NCBI GenBank assembly: GCA_963704905.1
Contig: CAVPHZ010000001.1
Span: 131,438 to 195,437 of the forward strand
DNA: 64,000 nucleotides
Reading direction: 5' to 3'
DNA from: Candidatus Chisholmbacteria bacterium
GTDB taxonomy: Bacteria; Patescibacteriota; Microgenomatia; UBA1400; Chisholmbacteraceae
The first letter of the stretch is position 1. Each line of letters starts with the position of its first letter. The position numbers were made by a program, and so were the translations under genes. Positions 58,073-64,000 of the stretch are shown here, piece by piece. Under the pieces are notes generated by a model. The model had not been told where the DNA came from. It searched no databases and was given only the letters and a program-made list of their open reading frames with translations.

Positions 58073-58777
58073 ATGTTACTAAAAGAAATTCTACAAACTT
58101 TAAAGAAGCTTGGGACTGCTCAAAACCGAAAAATCTACAAACGGCATGGATCCGGGGAGAATGTGTATGGTGTAAGTTTTGCCAACTTACGGCCACTGAG
58201 TAAAAAAATTCTGAAAGATCCATCCTTATCTGATCCGGTAAAAAGAAACCGGCTGGCTTTACAACTCTGGGAGAGCGGAAACTATGATGCACGGAATCTT
58301 GCAAGTCTTATTGTGGATCCAAAATACTTTTCCCAAAAACAATCAGAGCAATGGGTCAAGGATGTAGATAATTACTCGCATGCAAGTTTACTTGGAGGTG
58401 TGATAGCACAAACCAACGATTTCAAACAGATCATTAAGAGATGGACCGCATCAAAAAAAGAATTTATCAAAGATACCGGTTTCAGTGCGCTGGGTGCAGC
58501 AATGAAAGATCGAGTTGATGAATATTCGGATGCAGAACTTCAGACCTACATCAGGCAGATTGAAACAGAAATTCATGATAGTCCTAATTGGGCGCGATAC
58601 GCAATGAATTGGGCGTTGATTGCTATTGGTACATACAGCGATGCGTTATCTAAGCAAGTCGTTCAGACTGCAAATCGTATTGGGAAAGTAGATGTTGATC
58701 ATGGAGAAACAAGCTGCAAGACTCCCGATGCAGCCTCTTATATTGAAAAAGCCCTATCTCGAAAAATACGAACGTAA
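58073..58777 (+). CDS. DNA alkylation repair protein (AlkD family)
   Basis: YGVSFANLR, LWESGNYDAR, VDHGETSCKTPDA. Confidence 0.88.
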   Translation: MLLKEILQTLKKLGTAQNRKIYKRHGSGENVYGVSFANLRPLSKKILKDPSLSDPVKRNRLALQLWESGNYDARNLASLIVDPKYFSQKQSEQWVKDVDNYSHASLLGGVIAQTNDFKQIIKRWTASKKEFIKDTGFSALGAAMKDRVDEYSDAELQTYIRQIETEIHDSPNWARYAMNWALIAIGTYSDALSKQVVQTANRIGKVDVDHGETSCKTPDAASYIEKALSRKIRT

Positions 58778-58786
58778 GTACGAGTT

Positions 58787-59494
58787 CTAAGAACAGATAA
58801 TCTTGGGGAAGAATACACTGAGAAAGCCAATATGAATTCTTCGGAATTCCAGATTGCAGGATTTTTCTCTGCCTGGGAACATAAATGTACCAAGCACAGT
58901 CGTCGGTTGATCGGGTGTAGGTGTGGCTTCTGGTGTCGGAGTGGGAGCCATCGTCGGTGAAGGGGTTGCGATTGGGCTGGGTGATGGCAGCGGAGTGAGA
59001 AGATCAAATTGACCTCTGATTTCTCCATCTGGATAGCTGATTGTGTGAATGTTGATGTAGGTTTGATTGGTAAGTAAATTGCTTTCTTCCTCCAGAGGAA
59101 ATGGCATACCAGTAATCATTCGGGTGAGTTCATCCTCTTCAATAACCCATTCGCTCAGCGGGCCAAGATCAGCAATTACCGGACCGTTTTCTCCCGGGGC
59201 TCCTTGATGTATGTGTGCCGCAACTAAATCATCAGCAGAAATGTCATTGACTACCAGCTCAAGATCAAATTCTTTAATCGTTTGGTCATAGGTCATCTGA
59301 GCCATGCCTGTTGCATCACTTTGATTTGCTGGTACTTGCTGTTGACCGTCAAGATCTGCTCCGAGCTCGTACATTAATGAATCGGCCATATCAGCAGATG
59401 TAAAGCTGACATTTGCAACAACGACAAAGAAAATTACTATCATGAAGGAGGCGGAGATCAAGAAGATAATAGAGTCTTTGAGGCTTTTGGACAT
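58787..59494 (-). CDS. CHRD domain protein
   Basis: AAHIHQGAPGENGPV, YINIHT..YPDGEIRGQ; Pro/Thr linker. Confidence 0.9.
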   Translation of the reverse strand: MSKSLKDSIIFLISASFMIVIFFVVVANVSFTSADMADSLMYELGADLDGQQQVPANQSDATGMAQMTYDQTIKEFDLELVVNDISADDLVAAHIHQGAPGENGPVIADLGPLSEWVIEEDELTRMITGMPFPLEEESNLLTNQTYINIHTISYPDGEIRGQFDLLTPLPSPSPIATPSPTMAPTPTPEATPTPDQPTTVLGTFMFPGREKSCNLEFRRIHIGFLSVFFPKIICS

Positions 59495-59637
59495 GCCTGT
59501 CAGTATTTAAAAATCAGACGCATTTGTCAATTTGATCTTTGTGTATAAAAGGCTGTCAAAGTGCTCTTTAGAGCACGAATGTATGCATGGCGGTATATAA
59601 TACTTGAAGAAAGCATTTCAAAATTTGAAGAGAATGT

Positions 59638-60510
59638 ATGCGCGGTGATAAATATAGTGCATTGTGGGTTTCTCATTCCTCAATCGGAGATTTTCAAAAG
59701 TGTCCACGGGCATATTTTTTGCATAATGTGTATAAAGACCCTCAGTCAGGCAATAAGCTTACCCTGATGACACCGCCTCTGGCTCTGGGTCAGACTGTAC
59801 ATGACGTGATTGAATCTCTCAGTGTGCTCCCGGTTGAAAAACGATTTATTGAGCCACTCGTATCAAAGTTTGAACAGGCTTGGAAAAAAGTCGAAGGGAA
59901 AAAAGGCGGTTTTCCTAGCATTCTCGTGGAAAATCAATATAAAGAGCGAGGCAGAGCCATGCTCAAGCGCGTACTTGATCATCCGGGTCCGCTGAAGAAT
60001 TTAGCAGTTAAGATTAATATGGATCTGCCATATTTTTGGTTATCCGAGGAAGACAATATTATTTTGTGCGGGAGGATTGACTGGCTGGAGTACTTCCAGG
60101 ATTCCGATCAAGTTCATATCATCGATTTCAAAACCGGAAAGTCTGAGGAAGATGCCCGGTCACTGCAGCTACCGATCTATCATCTGCTAGTCCGAAATTG
60201 TCAGCCTCGCAAGGTGCAAAAGGTGAGTTTTTGGTATTTAAACCGAAACAATTCCCCAAGTGAACAACCACTACCAAATTTAAATAAATCGCAAGAAAAG
60301 ATTCTGGCGATAGCGAAAAAAATTAAACTCGCACGACAGTTGAATCGGTTAACCTGCACACACCAAAATGGCTGCCGATCCTGTCGTCCTTATGAAGCTA
60401 TCCTCCGCGGAGAAGCGGAATATGTTGGAATCAATGACTTCAGACAGGATGTCTATGTGAATTTAGATACGGAGTCTTCTGAGGAAAAACGCGGGAGTGT
60501 GATTTTGTAA
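59638..60510 (+). CDS. PD-(D/E)XK nuclease family protein (AddB/Cas4-like)
   Basis: SHSS...CPR, GRIDW, IIDFKTG, QLPIY, C-terminal C...CxxC. Confidence 0.88.
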   Translation: MRGDKYSALWVSHSSIGDFQKCPRAYFLHNVYKDPQSGNKLTLMTPPLALGQTVHDVIESLSVLPVEKRFIEPLVSKFEQAWKKVEGKKGGFPSILVENQYKERGRAMLKRVLDHPGPLKNLAVKINMDLPYFWLSEEDNIILCGRIDWLEYFQDSDQVHIIDFKTGKSEEDARSLQLPIYHLLVRNCQPRKVQKVSFWYLNRNNSPSEQPLPNLNKSQEKILAIAKKIKLARQLNRLTCTHQNGCRSCRPYEAILRGEAEYVGINDFRQDVYVNLDTESSEEKRGSVIL

Positions 60511-60521
60511 TTTTCTTTGCC

Positions 60522-60977
60522 CTATCCACCTTGATGATAATCAACATCGGGGTTTCCGTACCTGTCCTCCAGATACTGTTTCATTGGTCCAAAGTAGTAA
60601 TGCCTCCATCCCGTTTTAATGTCTTCATACATATCTTCTGGAATGTTTTGATGCTCTAGTTGGATACGAGTCCCTACCCCTTGGCTTTTGGTTTTTAATC
60701 CGTGTTTCATCGGTCTCAATGAGATGACAACGTAGGATGGCTGTTTAAACCCTTCGGCAAGCCATTCTTGGGCCAGTTCTTTGCCGTTTACAACTCGTTT
60801 ATTTACTCCGAAAATCGACCCTCCCCAGAGTTTGAACTTAAACCCTTCCTTTTCACTCATTTTTGCTGGTCCGGCACCCCACTGGTCTATGGATTTTGGA
60901 TTAACAAGCGCTTTCCATACTTCAGCGCTGGGAACATTTATAGCGTAGGATTGTTTCAGTGATTTCATTGAGCTCAT
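60522..60977 (-). CDS. SRPBCC/AHSA1 domain protein
   Basis: VWKALV, FKLWGGSIFG, LEHQNIP, GWRHYYFGPMK. Confidence 0.85.
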   Translation of the reverse strand: MSSMKSLKQSYAINVPSAEVWKALVNPKSIDQWGAGPAKMSEKEGFKFKLWGGSIFGVNKRVVNGKELAQEWLAEGFKQPSYVVISLRPMKHGLKTKSQGVGTRIQLEHQNIPEDMYEDIKTGWRHYYFGPMKQYLEDRYGNPDVDYHQGG

Positions 60978-61058
60978 GCTAACTTGAAATATCATCAATG
61001 ACAAGCAGAGTTTTTTTGACATGCAGCAAGCTTGAGGCTAAAATCAGTCGTGAAAGAT

Positions 61059-62252
61059 ATGAAAAAACTTATTATTGGTTTTACCTTCTTCTTAATCACT
61101 ATTTTTCTCACTACTTCCGTTATTTGGGCTCGTACATCAGCAACCTCTTCTGCAGATGTTTCAGATGTTGTTACTCTTGCTTCTGATGAAGTTATAGATA
61201 AGGATTTCTATATCGTAGCTGGGGAAGTGGTAGAGATATCAGGCACAGTCAATGGAGACGTGTATGCAGCTGGTGGACAAGTGCTGATTGATGGGGTTGT
61301 GAATGGTGATCTTATGGCTGCCGGTGGCACCGTCATAATTTCTGGAGATATTGCTCAAGATGTTCGCGTCGCGGGAGGACAAATTTCGATCAGCGGAACT
61401 ATCGGAAGAAATGTCACAGTTGCTGGAGGTAATGTGGAGTTCACTAAAGGTGCGCGTATCAACGGTGCTGTGCTTGGTGGAGCAGGGAATCTCTCATTTT
61501 TTGCTCCGATTGGCGGAGATGTCCAAGTTGGTGCTGGAAGTCTAATTGTTTCTGATACGATCGATGGGGACCTTGAGGCGTATGCCGGGCAGCTGAGACT
61601 TTCCTCCACTGCTCAAGTAAATGGGAATCTTTCATACATGAGTGATACCGTCGCTTCCATTGATGAAGGAGCGGTAATTGCAGGCACTGTCATTCAAAAA
61701 CAGCCCCCAGACGTGGCTCGTAAAGCTGATATTAGACCCCAGTCGCGCGATTTTGGTAAAATCTTTGCTGGTCTGAAGTTCGGCTTGTCACTGATTGGTT
61801 TCGTTTCTTCTCTGCTTGTTGGTCTTATTCTGATGTCGCTGTTTCCCGTTTATATGAAAGAGACGGCAATGATTGTTGGTAATCGATTCTGGTCAGCTCT
61901 TGGATTGGGATTTGCCACCCTCTTCTTAACTCCGATTGCCGTGGTTATCCTCATGATAACGATTATTGGTCTACCACTTGGTATGTTGCTCTTGCTCGTC
62001 TTTCCTATCTACCTCTATATCGCTAAACTCTTTTCAAGCTATTGGATTGGGAGCGTTATTTCTCAAAAAATGGACTGGAAAATTAGTCAGAAGTGGGTGT
62101 TTGTCATAGGTTTATTTGTATTTTTCGTTCTCCGATTGATCCCATTTGTCGGAGGGGTTGTGGGCTTTGTATTTTTGCTTGTAGGATTAGGAGCTTCACT
62201 CATTTCAGATCAGGCGGTGTATAAAACTGCTCGAAATAAAAAACTGATTTAA
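61059..62252 (+). CDS. Bactofilin-like (polymer-forming) beta-helix protein with C-terminal TM helices
   Basis: Repeated xGxVxGDxxAAGGxVxI units; TIIGLPLG, IPFVGG. Confidence 0.82.
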   Translation: MKKLIIGFTFFLITIFLTTSVIWARTSATSSADVSDVVTLASDEVIDKDFYIVAGEVVEISGTVNGDVYAAGGQVLIDGVVNGDLMAAGGTVIISGDIAQDVRVAGGQISISGTIGRNVTVAGGNVEFTKGARINGAVLGGAGNLSFFAPIGGDVQVGAGSLIVSDTIDGDLEAYAGQLRLSSTAQVNGNLSYMSDTVASIDEGAVIAGTVIQKQPPDVARKADIRPQSRDFGKIFAGLKFGLSLIGFVSSLLVGLILMSLFPVYMKETAMIVGNRFWSALGLGFATLFLTPIAVVILMITIIGLPLGMLLLLVFPIYLYIAKLFSSYWIGSVISQKMDWKISQKWVFVIGLFVFFVLRLIPFVGGVVGFVFLLVGLGASLISDQAVYKTARNKKLI

Positions 62253-62311
62253 TTAGCTTCATCAATTATTTTTTGTAAAATATTCATGGTCATTTTGGTA
62301 TAGTTAGCTCT

Positions 62312-63052
62312 ATGTTTGGATATTATATTTATCGATTATTACCACTCACGATAAAAAACGCAACTAATCGAGTCGGTATACAATTGCTACGCCCGAGAAT
62401 GCGAAGTCACTTTGCGCAATTTGTCTTTCCTGGAGACCTCGTCTTTGATATTGGTGCTTATGTTGGAAACTATACTGAGATTTTCTTAGATCTTGGCGCT
62501 CGAGTTGTTAGTATTGATCCACAACCCTATTGTGTGAAGACGCTTCAATCGAAGTTTTTACACAACCCTAATGTCACTATCGTCAACAAAGGTGTGAGCG
62601 ATACATCAGCAACCATACCTTTTTCAATTTCAAAAAAATCTCGTACCAATTCAACATTTTTTACCCCTTGGAAGCATCATAAGCGGTATAAAGATCGCAC
62701 ATGGGAAAATCAAATAGATGTCCTAACCACAACCCTCCATTCACTGATTGAGCAGTATGGGATACCTGATTTTTGCAAAATTGATGTTGAAGGATACGAA
62801 CCGCAAGTGCTGAAAACTCTTCAAGTAAAAATTCCGCGGCTGTCATTTGAATTTGATCAAGAATTCATGGACAATGCTCGTCTTTGTATCAAGTATTTGA
62901 CATCACTTGGAAAAGTCAAATTCAATTATGCACTTTATGGCGGATCGGCATTAGATTCTGAACGCTGGCTATCAGATCAACAACTACTGAATGTCCTCCG
63001 TTCAAAAATAAATGGACACCTGCGCGGGGATATTTACGCTAGGTTCGTTTGA
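62312..63052 (+). CDS. FkbM family methyltransferase
   Basis: FDIGAYVG, IDP, KIDVEGYE. Confidence 0.92.
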   Translation: MFGYYIYRLLPLTIKNATNRVGIQLLRPRMRSHFAQFVFPGDLVFDIGAYVGNYTEIFLDLGARVVSIDPQPYCVKTLQSKFLHNPNVTIVNKGVSDTSATIPFSISKKSRTNSTFFTPWKHHKRYKDRTWENQIDVLTTTLHSLIEQYGIPDFCKIDVEGYEPQVLKTLQVKIPRLSFEFDQEFMDNARLCIKYLTSLGKVKFNYALYGGSALDSERWLSDQQLLNVLRSKINGHLRGDIYARFV

Positions 63053-63100
63053 ACTAGCGCAGTTGGTTTGGATAGTTTCCGTTACACGTATTTAGATTTG

Positions 63101-64000
63101 CTAAAACGGCGAGAGCTGAGCGAGAGCATTGATTGGATCTCTCAGAGCTGAAACAATATCATTATCGGTAAAGGCTCCATCTTTATCAAAATCCACAGGA
63201 AGCAGACGCTTAAACTCCACAGCGGTATGGTCGCTTTGTAGATATTCATATGTTTGGCGAGGAAGATAATTTGGTTTGGTTAATACGAACCGATAATTTC
63301 GATGTGGAATGATGTTAAAGAGCTGAGATATTTTCCCTTCTCCATTTTGCATAGGTAAAGACTCATATTTGGATAAGAGGTCTCCTTCATCATAAATGAG
63401 GAGTGTAAAGTCGTTCGCAGAAGCCTGTGGTTTTATCCATAGCTTCGCCTGAACAAGCAAGCTGGGAGGAGGGATGAGCATAAAGGTTTTTTCCAACCCT
63501 TCACCGAATGGTTGTCCTTCATGTTCAAGAGTTACCTTTATTGATTGCTGCGAAATCACTTCTGGTGTGCGAATGGTAAGAGGGATGACTGCTTCTTCAA
63601 ATGGTTTGGTTTGATTCAGTTTGCCAATTTCAATCTCCTGATCTGAAAGTGTTGATTTAAGATTGACCGTTACATTGTTTTCATCCCAAATTGACTGCCC
63701 TGTGTTTGTAAATGAGAGGTCGAGATGATATGTAGAATGAATCACCAAGCTAGTTGGGAACAGCTTGGTAGTAATTTTGTTATCGAAGATCTGGATAGGT
63801 TCACCTGAAGGTTTGCTGAGGTGCTGTACTTCATTATAATGGGCGTATGGCTCATCTGATATTGGATCAATCCATGAAAACTGGTCAAAGGGCGGTTCTA
63901 AGTAGCGTAGTACAAACGGCGTAATAGCGATGATATCTTCATCCGTCCACACCGACTCGAATGCGATTTTGAAATAACGAGCAATGCTGTCTGGAGATAA
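63101..64000 (-). CDS. C-terminal part of a glycoside hydrolase-like surface protein with Ig-like and dockerin/EF-hand-like tail (partial)
   Basis: Frame open to window end (ARYFKIAFESVW...AITPFVL), NTGQSIW, DFDKDGAFTDND. Confidence 0.6.
   Translation of the reverse strand, partial: LSPDSIARYFKIAFESVWTDEDIIAITPFVLRYLEPPFDQFSWIDPISDEPYAHYNEVQHLSKPSGEPIQIFDNKITTKLFPTSLVIHSTYHLDLSFTNTGQSIWDENNVTVNLKSTLSDQEIEIGKLNQTKPFEEAVIPLTIRTPEVISQQSIKVTLEHEGQPFGEGLEKTFMLIPPPSLLVQAKLWIKPQASANDFTLLIYDEGDLLSKYESLPMQNGEGKISQLFNIIPHRNYRFVLTKPNYLPRQTYEYLQSDHTAVEFKRLLPVDFDKDGAFTDNDIVSALRDPINALAQLSPF

Noticed and set aside
59638-60510. Cas4 of a CRISPR system
   Set aside because: Stand-alone AddB/Cas4-like nuclease with no cas neighbours or array
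27505-64000. Genomic island integrated at tRNA-Pro
   Set aside because: Strand and gene content change after the tRNA, but I found no duplicated tRNA 3' end and no integrase in the window

Overview
Bacterial chromosomal segment, genetic code 11, with a gene inventory typical of Patescibacteria/CPR (Microgenomates-like; this is an inference from gene content). 1-27.6 kb is a mostly minus-strand core region: type IV pilus cluster (two pilins, pilO, pilM-pilN fusion, pilC, pilB), uppP, RNase P RNA, miaA/miaB, an ABC system with six permeases, HU, rny, recX, recA and tRNA-Pro(GGG). After the tRNA come a spermidine synthase-M28 peptidase fusion, a carbamate kinase-OTC-YgeW operon, and a long accessory region of small unrelated genes and gene remnants. 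Main findings: (1) an array at 47.2-52.8 kb where seven same-strand intergenic copies of TTCTGAAAWTTCT separate 0.6-1.5 kb gene modules (aspartyl protease, NERD, BrnTA, kinase, GxxExxY and others), resembling a cassette array without attC sites or an integrase; (2) a NYN RNase gene abutting a convergent, promoter-and-terminator-bounded ~55-nt hairpin RNA candidate; (3) a promoter block shared by two unrelated genes, one copy carrying a structured ~75-bp insert; (4) a circularly permuted HAD phosphatase. Several single-base frameshifts in conserved genes probably reflect sequencing or assembly error. All calls come from reading the sequence by eye; no searches were run.
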